A DNA stretch of 64,000 nt from Eledone cirrhosa (Eukaryota), in assembly GCA_964016885.1 (NCBI GenBank), contig OZ024743.1, positions 128,030,001-128,094,000 on the forward strand, read 5' to 3'. Positions 38,204-51,456 of the stretch are shown here, in pieces (position 1 is the stretch's first letter; each line of letters starts with the position of its first letter). The position numbers and the translations under genes are program-made. The notes under the pieces are model-generated. The model was not told the DNA's origin. It worked only from the letters and a program-made list of their open reading frames with translations, and searched no databases.

Positions 38204-38770
38204 AGGAGGATCGGAATTAGAGTATTCCGCAGTTCACAGTAATAATAATATTTGCTCAAAGAAGAACAGACAATTTTCAACTGAGCTCAAATACAAATAT
38301 ATTACACAGAGAGAAGTGTGTTACACAGTGAGATGTGTGTAAAGAATTATTACATGTGGGTTTAACCGTTACTGTATGGAAAACAACACCTAATTCATGA
38401 GAGCCGTTATTTGATGCAAATAACACGTGTTTTCGCCCTGCTCTGGGCAGCGTGTATATTTGTGTTCTCTCTTTCCATTAGGCTAGATGTGTGGCGGGCA
38501 ATTCCATGCTTGCTGACTGAGGAACCTGTGGTTTTGTACGCTACACATTTCAGTGGCGAAACGAAATAGATTCGTATCAGCAAGCTTATAGTTATAAGGT
38601 TAGTAATTTAAAACTCTACTTCGGAGATTTGATTCTGACTTAGGGTTCTTTCTATTTAATTGCTAACCTGTAGGTGTTGTTTTCCATACAGTAACGGTTA
38701 AACCCACATGTAATAATTCTTTACACACATCTCACTGTGCAACACACTTCTCTCTGTGTAATATATTTAT
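38201..38770 (+). mobile_element. Fold-back element in (TA)n with central hammerhead
   Basis: Approx. 98 bp inverted arms, 38296-38393 and 38670-38768. Confidence 0.85.
38508..38585 (+). ncRNA. Type I hammerhead with stable helix III, GUA site
   Basis: gcttgctga CTGAGGA acc..ggc GAAA cgaa ataga ttcg TA tcagcaagc; 9 bp helix I and 5 bp helix III. Confidence 0.88.
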
Positions 38771-38783
38771 ATATATATATATA

Positions 38784-38976
38784 GGAAGAGAGTCAGGACT
38801 CCGACGATTGAGCTCCGGCCGTTCGACAGCTAGATCCGAACCGGATCTAGCTGTCGAAACGGGTGGAGCTCAGCCGTCGGGGTCCTGACATTCTTCCTAT
38901 TACCCACTCTACTACCCTAAGTATTGAGTAGTCTACTGCGTTATTGTCCACTTGGTATCTTACCACACCCTCTTTG
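38784..38976. mobile_element. Hairpin-plus-tail short element, copy 2
   Basis: Imperfect approx. 55 bp arms (38784-38897) plus the conserved tail. Confidence 0.85.
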
Positions 38977-39095
38977 TATATATATATATATATGGAGAGA
39001 GAGGGAGAGAGAGAGAGTGAAAAGATTTAAATATCCACACAAATCACATCATATGAGAAAATATTTTTTAAATCGAAAATGTACGTATATTAAAT

Positions 39096-39567
39096 CGAGG
39101 GTTTCAACATATAGGACTCAAATGGGACATTACGTCCTGGGTGTGAAGCACAGCGGGCCAAATGTAATATGAGGGAGGGTTGTGTTATTTCCACTAGTTA
39201 TAATGCTAATCTGTTATACAGATGATAGGCTGCTATTTATTTATTTATTTATTTCACAGTGAATTAGTCAAAAATGTCGGGGGAGATTTTACGTTTTACA
39301 TTTTCATTAATTCTGTTTTTACTTTTAGTAAATAATTTTTATTTCGTTTTCACTTGTGGTAAATTTCATTTTCACTTTTGATGTATTACGTTTTTTCCCA
39401 TTTTATGGGTAAATCGCAATAACTTATACTATATATATATTATTAAAACAGGTAAAAATTTACCAAGTTTTAGGAAAATATTACTCAGGAACATTATTCT
39501 GTCACGGGCCATAGAAAAGTAATTTGCAGGCCATATGCAGCCTACGGATGCATCTTTGAGACCCCTG
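39096..39567. mobile_element. hAT-type MITE
   Basis: Ends CGAGGGTTTCAA and TTTGAGACCCCTG (CAGGGGTCTCAAA-type TIR), subterminal GGGCC motifs, 8 bp TSD tattaaat/cattaaat. Confidence 0.7.
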
Positions 39568-40138
39568 CATTAAATATTTTTACATACAGCTAATATTTTC
39601 ACATATAGTAAATACACGCTCATACGTTAAATGTATTTGCACTCACTAAATATATTCAAAGACACTAAATATTTTTAAATGCACTAAATGTAAATATTTT
39701 TAAATATAAACATCCAAAGAACAGAAATAGTGTAAGATATAAAAAGAAAAAGACATTTCTAGTTCTTCACACATCCACGAGTGTAAAATCATGGACACAT
39801 CAGTGTTGTATCATGAAGTCATTGGGTGTTTCGGAGTGTACGATATACACTCTCATAGAGTTGACCCAACTGAGATTGATCAAACTTCAGTCTGTGTCCA
39901 ATTGGCATACATACTAGTGACCTCACCCATCATTTCTATTCAGCCATAACCATCTAGATATGATCTTTACTGCTTAAATGCGGATGGAATTTTCAACCGA
40001 CTTTCCATGTTCTTTTATCACCCAGTCTCGTAATCTACAGTTCTTGAGTCTTCTATTCTGTCGTTCAACCTCCTTAACAAGCATGATATTTCTACCTCTA
40101 GCATACCTTTTTCATTATCCTTAAAAATGTTTACATAA

Positions 40139-41607
40139 TCTATATATATAAAACTGTGGTTGTCTGTCTGTCTATCGGTTTTTGGCACACATCTCCTCTT
40201 AGAATCTCTCACGGAATTGCACCGAAATTGCTATACTTGTACATTCAGCCCTAGCGAAGACATCGGGAAAAAAAAAATTTCAAATTGACCCACCCTATGT
40301 GACGAAATCGAATATAATGTATCGATTTTTGAGCGTAAGTGATCAGTTATTTCCCTTTGTTCTGTTTACATTGAGCGTCTGCGTGCAAAAATTTAAAAAA
40401 TTACGCTGGCTTTCTCAGCGTTTAAAATGACATTAACACAATAATTTTTACTTGAAAACAAGTCTATTTAAAGACTACGTAAAATAAGCAAATATTTCGT
40501 AAAAAAAAGCAAAAATTATATAAGTTTATTTAAAATATATGTATCTGTAAATTTCGTTAGGCGTGCAGTCAGTTTTATATATATAGATGATAAACAATAA
40601 TATCCTCTATGAGGTCACTAAACCTGCTAGAAACAGCAGCTAACTCTCCCTCATATCACACCACTCCCTACTGTCTTAAATTTAGAAAACACATATCCTC
40701 TATGAGGTTACTAAACCTGCTAGAAACAGCAGCTAACTCTCCCTCATATCACACCACTCCCTACTGTCTTAAATTTAGAAAACACATATCCTCTATGAGG
40801 TTACTAAACCTGCTAGAAACAGCAGCTAACTCTCCCCCATATCATACCCCTCCCTACTGTCTTAAATTTAGAAAACATATCTTCTATGAGGTCACTAAAC
40901 CTGCTAGAAACAGCAGCTAACTCTCCCTCATATCACACCCCTCCCTACTGTCTTAAATTTAGAAAACATATCCTCTATGAGGTCACTAAACCTGCTAGAA
41001 ACAGCAGCTAACTCTCCCCCATATCACACCCCTCTCTACTGTCTTAAATTTAGAAAACATATCTTCTATGAGGTCACTAAACCTGCTAGAAACAGCAGCT
41101 AACTCTCCCTCATATCACACCACTCCCTACTGTCTTAAATTTAGAAAACACATATCCTCTATGAGGTCACTAAACCTGCTAGAAACAGCAGCTAACTCTC
41201 CCTCATATCACACCACTCCCTACTGTCTTAAATTTAGAAAACACATATCCTCTATGAGGTCACTAAACCTGCTAGAAACAACAGCTAACTCTCCCTCATA
41301 TCACAACACTCCCTACTGTCTTAAATTTAGAAAACACACAGACAACCATGCAGAACAACTCCATCGCAGCTCTGTTGTTCGGCTGGCATCGTCTACTCGC
41401 GTGTTGCGCAAGTACTGTGAAACAATAAATTTCAACACTTTTTTGCACAGAGATAATATCCATAGGCGAAACTACAATTGTCACTGCTGGCGCAGCTCAT
41501 GCTTCTAGGTCTGCAATTCATTCACCCAGTGCCTGGCAGACAAAAAAGTGCTGCAACCTAACTTTGGTAACTTAATGACCCCGAGCAACGCCGGGCTTTA
41601 ATGCTAG
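40139..41607 (+). mobile_element. Non-autonomous Helitron containing a minisatellite
   Basis: 5' TCTATATATATAAAACTG..(GTCT)n; 3' CCCGAGCAACGCCGGG hairpin then CTAG. Confidence 0.85.
40601..41340. repeat. Minisatellite, 8 x 91/93 bp
   Basis: ATGAGG anchors at 40609, 40702, 40795, 40886, 40977, 41068, 41161 and 41254. Confidence 0.95.
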
Positions 41608-41713
41608 TTTTACATAAATCTATGAAACATTATAGAGCAAAATAATATAATGCATACTAAAGATCAATATGACATTTTACATGATTTATTTATAAGTTAT
41701 ATATACATACATA

Positions 41714-41816
<103 letters not shown>

Positions 41817-41955
41817 CGTGTAACATTTTACCAAACTACGTTGTTCCAACCTTTTCCCTTTCTTTCCGAACTCTCCATTTTCTGAAGAAGGACGTATGTC
41901 AGTCACGTTGAAATCCTCATTTACTTCTTCCCTAACAAATAAGACTTTGTGATTT

Positions 41956-42133
<178 letters not shown>

Positions 42134-42380
42134 CGTGTGTGCGTGTGTGTGCGTGTGTGTGTAGACCCGCAACACATGGTGGAGCCGTAGGGGTGCAGTA
42201 GTGACATGCGGCGTTTCTTCGGCGCTTTAAACCTGGTGAACCCACCCTCTATCCATGTCTGGACTAAGTCGAATTCTTCCAGAGAAAACTTTTCTTTATC
42301 GACCTCAAAAGGATGAAAGGCAAAGTTGACATCGATGGGTTTTGAACTCGGAGAGCGCAGACAGTTGGAACGAAAGTAGA

Positions 42381-44131
42381 CGGCTCATGAAACAAATGGT
42401 ACTACACCCAACAAGAGGAGAGAATGTCCTGGATTTCTGCTTCACAGATAACACAGTGCTGATTCACAACGTAAAGGGGATACTGACAATTTTCTTGGAT
42501 CATAACATAGTGTCACTAACAACATATAGTCTGAAGAAGGCCATAGATATGCAGCCAGCAGGACGCACCCGGTTTCTATTCAGCCTAAACTTTCCCAAAG
42601 CTAACTGGAAATAAATTCAGGAGGAGATCCTCTCAACGCAAGACCTCAACATACAGTTTGATCATTTTATGACAACAATAGAAGCCATATGTTTTAAGTT
42701 TACCCCGGAAAGAAAGGCTAACAACAAAAATATTATTCCCAAAGGCAGAAAAATTCTTATGGAACGGAGAAGGAAGATCTCAAACCGGATAAATATACAG
42801 CTACAGAATAAGAAGGAATCCCATTTGAAGCAGACACTGTTTTAAATTGAAACTGAAGTCAAACTTTACCATGAAAAGAAGAGGAAAGAAAGAGAAGCCA
42901 TGGCTATAGAAAATATAAGAACAAACCATGAAGTTGTTTTAAATTCGCAAAAGAAACCGTCCCGGTACACTACAGGGCCATAAAAATGTCTCACTGATCG
43001 CAGGGCCTCAATGGATAAGTGGGGTACTGATTGCGCAATCTAAGTGTTTTCACACCACTAATGGGGTACAAGCAAATAAATAAGCTACATTAGTTCTTTG
43101 ATACGACAGTGCTACACAGAGAAATGGCAACCATCAATCACATAGATATAAAAGAGGAAGATGTAATATCTACCATTAATGAAATTAGACCAATGCAACT
43201 GCTGGCCGGAGAGGATTACTAGCAATCATCCTAAATACATACAAACAAACGTTAGCGAAACCACTGTAGACTTTTTTCCGAAGTTCCCTTGCAAGTTGTA
43301 AACTATCCAGAAAGCTAAAAGAAAACATACGTACTAACCATAAGAGAGGAAGCAGAGCAGATGCTGGCCTTACATATCGGCAAAGTCATGGAACGAATCG
43401 CCTGGAGGAAACTGATCATGTTTCTAGAATAAAATGGCCTACTTACTGATACCCGGCAAGCTTTCGCGCATTCTTACAACATTGACATACCCTCCGCTGT
43501 TCAGACAGCCTCCTTCACAAGTTAGGCTGATGACACGGATGGAGCACAGACAATCAATCAAAAACCGGTTGATACTAATATTTTACAATAAGATTTGGAT
43601 GCCATATACAAATGGATTGAGGACAACAACATGCAATTTAATGCCGGAAGATTTCAAGCTACTTTCTATCAGTCAGGAAGCACATGGCTGAAGTCGAAAT
43701 CAATATGAGACCTGGTGTTGACATGAGTAATCATGTATCGTTTCATGCATACATCACCAAAATGGAAGCAATGTGCAGACGACTGGCTGGTTGGATTCTG
43801 AGGACTTTCCGGATAAGAGGCCGGGAAACCGTGCTGGTCCTCTGGAGACATTTGTTTTCAGCTGACTGGATTAGTGCTCTCAAATGTGATTGAAGTAATC
43901 CAATGAAGATAAACCAAGAGGGTTCCTTCAATGAAGGAGATTAGCTGCTTGTAGAGGCTAAAAGAACTAAGGTTCTACCCCCTGGAACGAAGACGGGAGA
44001 GATATACATATGGAAAATCCTAGGACTAGCACCAAACATTGACATTGAGAGATGGACCAGCCCTCGAACAGCATACCACTGTGAAGTGCTAAAGGTCCCA
44101 TTCTTCACTTCTAGAGTAAGGACCAGAATCT

Positions 44132-44135
<4 letters not shown>
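42381..44135 (+). mobile_element. Heavily decayed CR1/L2-group LINE (endonuclease end and RT pieces)
   Basis: PTRGENVLDFCFT, DHNIV, NFPKANW, CRRLAGWILRTFR. Related to the 28900 element. Confidence 0.8.
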
Positions 44136-44193
<58 letters not shown>

Positions 44194-44206
44194 AGTCTCT
44201 CTCACA

Positions 44207-44246
<40 letters not shown>

Positions 44247-44370
44247 GTTAAATTTTAATATGTTACCTACGTAACTATGTTGATTTACACTCTTTACAAA
44301 TTATCCCCTGTGATTGTTTGATGTGTTTATTTTATCTCTCTCTCTTTGACTCTGTCTGTCTCTCCCCCCC

Positions 44371-44442
<72 letters not shown>

Positions 44443-44869
44443 GATATTAAACAAATGGAAACTATATTTATAAAACCATATTTATTTCATTATACATATT
44501 TCGGGGATACCATATTAAAAATATGGCATGCCTTCTTCAGATAAAATACAATATATAAACAGTTTTATAAATAATTTTGACGTACCATAAATATTGAGCA
44601 ACCGTTATGTAGGAAGCCGGTTTGGTAGTGAGATGTTTATAAATATTTAGTGTTAAGCACAGTTAAAGAAAGACGGAGAAATATACAAATTGAGAGATTT
44701 GGGAGGGAGGGAGTACTGTAATTATTTAGTTATAGTGTTAAGGACAGTTAGGGAGATGAAGAGAAAACAGAGAGAGACATATATATATCTACTCCAAAAC
44801 TTGTCGAGTGCTTTATATCAGTTATAAAATATTTACTTGTTGTAACCCAACAATTTTAAATAAAACTTT

Positions 44870-44910
<41 letters not shown>

Positions 44911-45115
44911 CATTAAATTGATTGTTTGATGTGTTTATATATATATATATATATATGTCAAATCGATTTTTAATTTAATGCTAACAAATGCTCGGATTTA
45001 TCCCTTAGAATCTTTGAACTTATTCTACAGAGGGTATGGCGCATGTTTTTCAGACAAGACGTCCTTATTTTAATTTTGGTTATATATATATGTGTATCAA
45101 TGTATGTACATATAC

Positions 45116-45204
<89 letters not shown>

Positions 45205-45336
45205 CTGAACAGAAATAACAAAGCAAATGGCACAGTACAATGAAGAAATATATTAGTTTAACGCTTGATATAGTAGGAAAAGAGTCTTTACATTTCGAAG
45301 ACTAGTTCTTTGTCAGAGGATAGAATGAGAAATAAC

Positions 45337-45520
45337 TGTTTCTACTTTAGGCACAAGGCCAGCAATTACCCAGTGCATTACTGGTACTTTATTTTATCGA
45401 CCCCGTAAGGATGAAAGGCAAAGTCAACCTCGGCGGGATTTGAACTCAGACCGTAAAGGGACGTAACTATGCTGGAAAGCATGGCGTCCGACTCTCTACC
45501 GATACTGCCAATCCACCGCC
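45337..45520 (-). mobile_element. tRNA-derived SINE, family 1, with 18 bp TSD
   Basis: GATAGAATGAGAAATAAC at 45319-45336 and 45521-45538. Confidence 0.95.
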
Positions 45521-45642
45521 GATAGAATGAGAAATAACATGAAATAGAAAGATAAAGAGTGAGATGAGGAAGGAACGGAGACATTTTTTTAAAGAAAAAC
45601 ACGTGTATTCAGTCGGTCATTATATATATATAACTATATCTA

Positions 45643-45680
<38 letters not shown>

Positions 45681-45681
<1 letters not shown>

Positions 45682-46142
45682 ACGGTGGCTATGGTGAAAG
45701 AAGTTATATGGTGGACGAGGTTGAGAGGACTGAGGACAGATGCCTTTCTCTCCGGACAACAATAGATTCCCTTCTTTAAGTATCACTTTAGAAGGAGAAT
45801 CAGGGTGGAGAGAGAGGCACTGCACCCCAGTAAATTTACTGAAAGGTGGGTGAATGAAGCGAAAATGGCCCGAGTGATTGGGCCTTCTCTGTTTATAAGC
45901 CTGTAGGTTGAGGAAGAGAGCAAAAGGAAGAAAGGAGCACTTGCACAACACGCTCCTCGAGTTGAGGGTTGTTCTATCGACGGGGTATTAAACAACCCAT
46001 TTGTGGCGCCTCCCCCCTATTGGGGATTTCGATTGTTGAAATTGTTTGTTTTTATATTTTTTTACACGACTGTATGTAAAATCCCCGGCATGTCTTTGTA
46101 TTGTCCCCTTTTCTTGTTGCGCCCTTGTGGCTAATAAAGAAA
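45681..46142 (+). mobile_element. L1/Tx1-like LINE 3' end inserted in (ATCT)n
   Basis: AMVKEVIWWTR...RRIRVERE...KFTERW C-terminus, 3' UTR ending GCTAATAAAGAA, (ATCT)n on both sides. Confidence 0.7.
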
Positions 46143-46150
46143 TCTATCTA

Positions 46151-46208
<58 letters not shown>

Positions 46209-46397
46209 ATATTAACAAATGGAAACTATATTTATAAAACCATATTTATTTCATTATACATATTTCAAGGACACCAAAGCAAATTATGGTACGCTTTCAT
46301 CAGATAAAATATTGACATACCCTTAAAGAATGCGACCATGTCGGTTGGAAGCTCCGGATAGTGGGATAATATAACTTCTACATATATATATATATGT

Positions 46398-46715
46398 ATA
46401 TAATAAGAAGTTGACAGACCCAGCACAGTTATTAATGCTAGGACCGGTTGCATCTCAGCGTACTCAATGGGTAATGTAAAATACACTCCCAGAATATACA
46501 CAGTTATTCGCTTCAATACAACACACGTAAACGGGTACTTAATGCAGCAGGAGAGTACACTGCACCCTCTGTCTGTATATATTATGTAACAATGCATAAT
46601 CGGCGCATGTGGCTTCATCAACGGGTATCGCCTAATCAATAACCAATCGATCGACAGAATTCGACTCCAGTCCATGCCGGCTATGACTGCTTGTGACGGC
46701 CGTCACAGTAAAGTG
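46398..46715. repeat. Unclassified approx. 350 bp interspersed repeat (also 47220-47297 and 50409-50762)
   Basis: Shared CGGTTGCATCTCAGCGTACTCAAT in all three copies; CAATGCATAATCGGCGCATGTGGCTTCATCA and ATCGATCGACAGAATTCGA in the two long copies. Confidence 0.8.
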
Positions 46716-47297
46716 ATTAGCAACTGGAATCTGATACAATGCTCTCCCCCGATCGGCCACTGATTTATAAATTTACGTGATGGCAGGAGATTAGAAAACA
46801 AATATTTCCGCTCCCGTCAAAAGTCCTCAGCCAACGTGTCTCAAACACAAATTAATAAGATAGTGAAAAATTGGTTTTTAGAAAAAGCTGTCTCATATCG
46901 TTGCACAGTAGAATGGTAGCATTCAGCTCCAGTCTCCAAGTCTCATGTCGAGAGGATCGCGATAGTAACAGTGGTAGTGCCTAAAACCTTTATCTGGACA
47001 TTAAATGCCAACATCTATTAGACAGCGATATAGAGTAGCGTGCTGGTTAGCGACCAGCAACGTGCGTAAATCAGTCTATTTCACAACTTAAACTATTCAA
47101 TAAGTGAGTGAGAGAGAAAATTAATAGCAGGAATTAGAGCGCATATCAAAACAAAACACAATAAAAACTGTGAAAAATTGTTTAACTTACTCACATTAAT
47201 CTGCTAGCTGGGAGACAATAATAATAATAAGTTGACGGACCCAGCATAGTTATTAATGCTAGGAACGGTTGCATCTCAGCGTACTCAATAGATAATG

Positions 47298-47360
<63 letters not shown>

Positions 47361-47361
<1 letters not shown>

Positions 47362-48228
47362 TATTGAAGTTTCCGTTGGAATTGAAAAAGTCATAGGAGT
47401 GAAGAGTGCTCTATGTGAGTACCAGAGCAAAATTTAATGTATAATAAACAATACAATATAATTACCTCATTACCAAAGGTTTCCCGAATAAGACGAATAC
47501 GAAAGAAACGTCCTCATTCGTTCGTCGGACAAGGCAATATAAAACATAGTGAAATATTTGGAAAGTCTCCTCAAGAAATGCAAAAAATATATATATATAT
47601 AAATAAAGGTAATGCAATAGACATATAAAATATATAAAAAATATAAGGAAATATAGTTAGGTGTGTGTATATGTATGTATATACACTCACAAATGTACAT
47701 ATGTATGTATGTACAAATGCGTGTGTATGGTGAAAATGTGTGCGTAAGTACATATATGAGGGCAAGTATATTTGTGTATATGTAACCACAGATACGGATA
47801 TAATCTAGTTGACACGAATCCAGAAGCAGGTATTAGATGCACATATGAATATGAAAGCACGCGTATAAACACACACACACGCGCGATCACTTATATGCGG
47901 AAGATAAAGGGGGAAGGGAGTGTAATAGTTAAAAGAAAGTGTCATTCTCGATATATGTATAAAAATTAAACAATATGTGAGAAAGAAAAAAATTTTAAAT
48001 GAAAGAGAAAGTAGTCAATTAACACTAGAGAAAAAAAAGAAAAGAAAAGAAGCTACACGCGTACATACACATATATCTATAAAAACATATATCTATAAGA
48101 AAATATATATATATACACGCAATACGTACAGACAAAAGCATATGCATGCGTACATACTTACACAGGATGCATGTATACATATACATACATATCGCCCCAT
48201 GTATATCTAATCACACGTACATACGCGA

Positions 48229-48286
<58 letters not shown>

Positions 48287-50133
48287 GCACACATACACAT
48301 CCATACATACAATACATATATACACACATACACACAAACATATTCACGTACATTGACCCGCTTACACGCACACACATAAAAATAAAAATGTAAAAAACAT
48401 AGATATAAAAACACAGATATAAAAACACACATACATACACATATATATACACGCACGCACGCGCGCATACGGAGGCGTTCGTGTACATATACAGAACGTA
48501 TACACACATAAAGACGCTCAGACACATAGATACAGGGTGTAAAGCAGCCTTATGAATAAGTCAGTACAAATATAAAAATATAAAATTGACTGCGAAATAA
48601 CAGAAAATATCTGGAGTGGAAAACGCAAGTGACTTTCGTAATCAGGTAGTAAAGAAAATAGGGAAGTAAAAAGTGGAAAGTGAAGATATTAGGTAAGTGA
48701 ATTGAAGGATAAAGGGGGGGGGGGGTTACTGGTGGATGTGAAGTAAAAATAAAAATAAAAATAAAATTAATAATAAGGTTAAAAATGAAAGTAAATCAGA
48801 AAGAGTAGTCTTTAAAGAGAATAATTTAAGTGAAGAATAAGAGCTTATGGAGGATAAGTATCTGAAAGTGAGTTAAGTTTATATGAGCTGGAAAGCAAGT
48901 ATGATTTCATGTGTGGGCAACTGGTGAAAATTTCTGTCTTTGTATTTAGGCAGGTTTTTGGTGATTTAAGGTTTTGTAAAATCCAATATTTTTCATTTAT
49001 GCAGAGTGTGCATTTTCTTGTTCCTCTTGCATATTCTTTAGATTGGTTCAAAATTGACCAATCCAATTTATATTGGATACCTTGGTCTTTCAAATCCCAT
49101 ATTCTGCTAGCCAGAGCTGTTGTGAATCTTTTTTCTGGATGTCGAAAGGATGCGACATGTGAGTAATAACGCGTTTTGAACTTGTCTTGTGTCATACCCA
49201 CATATCGTTCACTGGTGGCTGGTTGGTTGTTGCTGATGGTTGTCACTTTAGCCGCATATACAATGGCTTTGGTGTTGCATTTACCTTGTAATGGGCATTC
49301 ACTTTTGACTCTACAGGAGCAATTTTGATGTTCTCTAGGTGATTTTTTGTTGATGATATAAGATTTAATAGGGGGACCGCAGGAGTAGCTAATTTTGACA
49401 CAGTTTCTATTAAAGATCTTATAGTATCTATGTGTTCTAGGGAAAATGTTTATCTAAGAGCTCTAGGAATTTTTTGCCTACATTAGTTTTAACTGCTAGA
49501 GAGTAGGGGGTGTGAACCAGATTATTTTTCTTTTCCTATTTTTATGTTTAAAAGAGTTAGTATAGTTGGGTATGTATTTAATCGGTTCGCTAAATCCGCT
49601 ATTTAGGAGGGCTTTATTATAGTAGAGGGATGCCTTATTGAAAATAGCTTCTGAGGAAGAGAGGGTGGAGATCCTACGGCTAATATTAGGGAATAAGGTT
49701 TTTAAAAACTATAGGCGGATGGCAAGAGGCTTTATTTATATATTTTAAATTTTCATTAGGTTTATGGTATGGTTTATAAGAAGCAGTAGGTAAATCTAGG
49801 TTTATATCTAGGAAATTAACATTAGAAAGGTTAGTGTCAATAGTAATTTTAAGATTAAAACTAGCAAAGGTTTTTATTAAGTCTTTCCTTAATCTATCTA
49901 AGTTATGGCCTATGGTGGTATGGGAAAGTATTAGACCATCGTCGCGATAAAGTCCAAAAATATGGTTAGGGAATGTTTCTTTAAGTGTGTGTAGGAGGAA
50001 TAGGCCGACTAAATCACAAACATCAGCACTATGAAAAGAGCCCATTGAGACATCGAATGGGCTCTCTGGGTTAGATATTTTTACCCAAGTGTCATTATCA
50101 GTAAAGAGTAGAGTGTTTCTAGCGTGCAAGATG

Positions 50134-50138
<5 letters not shown>
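47361..50138 (-). mobile_element. 5'-truncated Penelope-like element (Hydra-clade-like) in (TA)n, frameshifted
   Basis: RT: FDVSMGSFHSADVCDLVGLFLL, GLYRDDGL, VNFLDI, PYHKPN..YIN..SCHPP. Endonuclease: CSCR..CPLQGKC..IVYAAKV..YVGMT..FKTRYYSH..CTLCINEK..LN..E..SCPH. Approx. 1.4 kb 3' UTR. Clade assignment is from memory of motifs. Confidence 0.92.
47461..47538 (-). ncRNA. Type I hammerhead (CCGACGA core, U4C) at the PLE 3' end
   Basis: attgccttgt CCGACGA a cgaat..attcg g GAAA cc ttt gg TA atgaggtaat; 10 bp helix I with three G-U pairs. Confidence 0.78.
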
Positions 50139-50191
<53 letters not shown>

Positions 50192-50192
50192 A

Positions 50193-50392
50193 TATATTAA
50201 AAAGCGTCTGGGCCCAACGGCTGAGCTCTTGCCGTTACAACAGTTAGTTGCAGTCTGTAACTAGCTGTTGAAATGGCAAGAGCTCAGCCGTCGGGCCCTG
50301 ACCCTTTCTAATATAGTGACACTCTACTATCCCAAGTATCAAGTACCCTGTTGAATATTGGTCTTGCTAGTTTACTTGTTTAGTCCTGATAT
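50193..50392. mobile_element. Hairpin-plus-tail short element, copy 3 (one-armed copy at 56707-56810)
   Basis: Approx. 60 bp imperfect arms plus the diverged tail CACTCTACTATCCCAAGTATCAAGTAC. Confidence 0.8.
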
Positions 50393-50762
50393 CTATCTAT
50401 ATATATGTATAATAATAAGTTGACGGGACTAGCATGGGTTTCACTGCTAGTGCCGGTTGCATCTCAGCGTACTCAATAGGTAATGTTATGTAAAATCCCA
50501 GAGTAGACACATACTTATTCGCTTCAGTACATACACGTAGATGGGTACCTTCAATTTTTACTCGTACTCGAGTTTCGGCCACACTTAATGCAGCAATAGA
50601 TTGCACAGCATCTACTGTCTGCATTTATTATGCAACAATGCATAATCGGCGCATGTGGCTTCATCAGCGGGTTTCGCCTAATCAATAATCAATCGATCGA
50701 CAGAATTCGATTCCAGTCCGTGTCGGCTATGATAGTGAATTTGACGGTCAACACAGTAAAAC

Positions 50763-50857
<95 letters not shown>

Positions 50858-51215
50858 CGTGTGTGTGCGTGTGTGCGCGTGTGTGTGTGCGCGCGTGTGT
50901 TTGTGTGTGTGCGCGTGTGTGTGTGTTTGTGTGTGTGTGCGCGCGTGGCGGAGTATGTGTATTTTGTAGTATTTGGCAAAGAATGGTGTAATGATTTCCT
51001 TATGTTATCATTTAGACAATATGTGACGATGGTTTATATTCTTTTGCGAAGAAGGCACATATCCTAGTGGCTGTGTGTTGGACGACGTCTGATCATATGT
51101 GTGTGTGTGTATATACCTATGTTTATAGATGCGTGTGGTTGCATGTATGTATGTGCGGCAACAGGTGTTTATGAAGGGCTGCCAGTTACTCGATGATTGA
51201 TATATATGTGTGTAT

Positions 51216-51262
<47 letters not shown>

Positions 51263-51301
51263 ATATGTGTGTGTATGTATGTCTATATATATATATGTAA
51301 A

Positions 51302-51371
<70 letters not shown>

Positions 51372-51456
51372 GGAGGTAAGTTTTATTGTAGTACAATAAA
51401 GCAATGCAGATATCGGATAAGAAGCACTCTACAGTTTGTGGGACTGGAGTATGCAT

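Noticed and set aside
40601-41340. CRISPR-like regular array or repeat protein
   Set aside because: Whole units repeat with no unique spacers, there are no cas genes, the context is eukaryotic and the 91 bp units break the frame.
46535-46580. Twister-like TAATGCAGC start
   Set aside because: The downstream conserved twister elements and pseudoknot pairings are absent.
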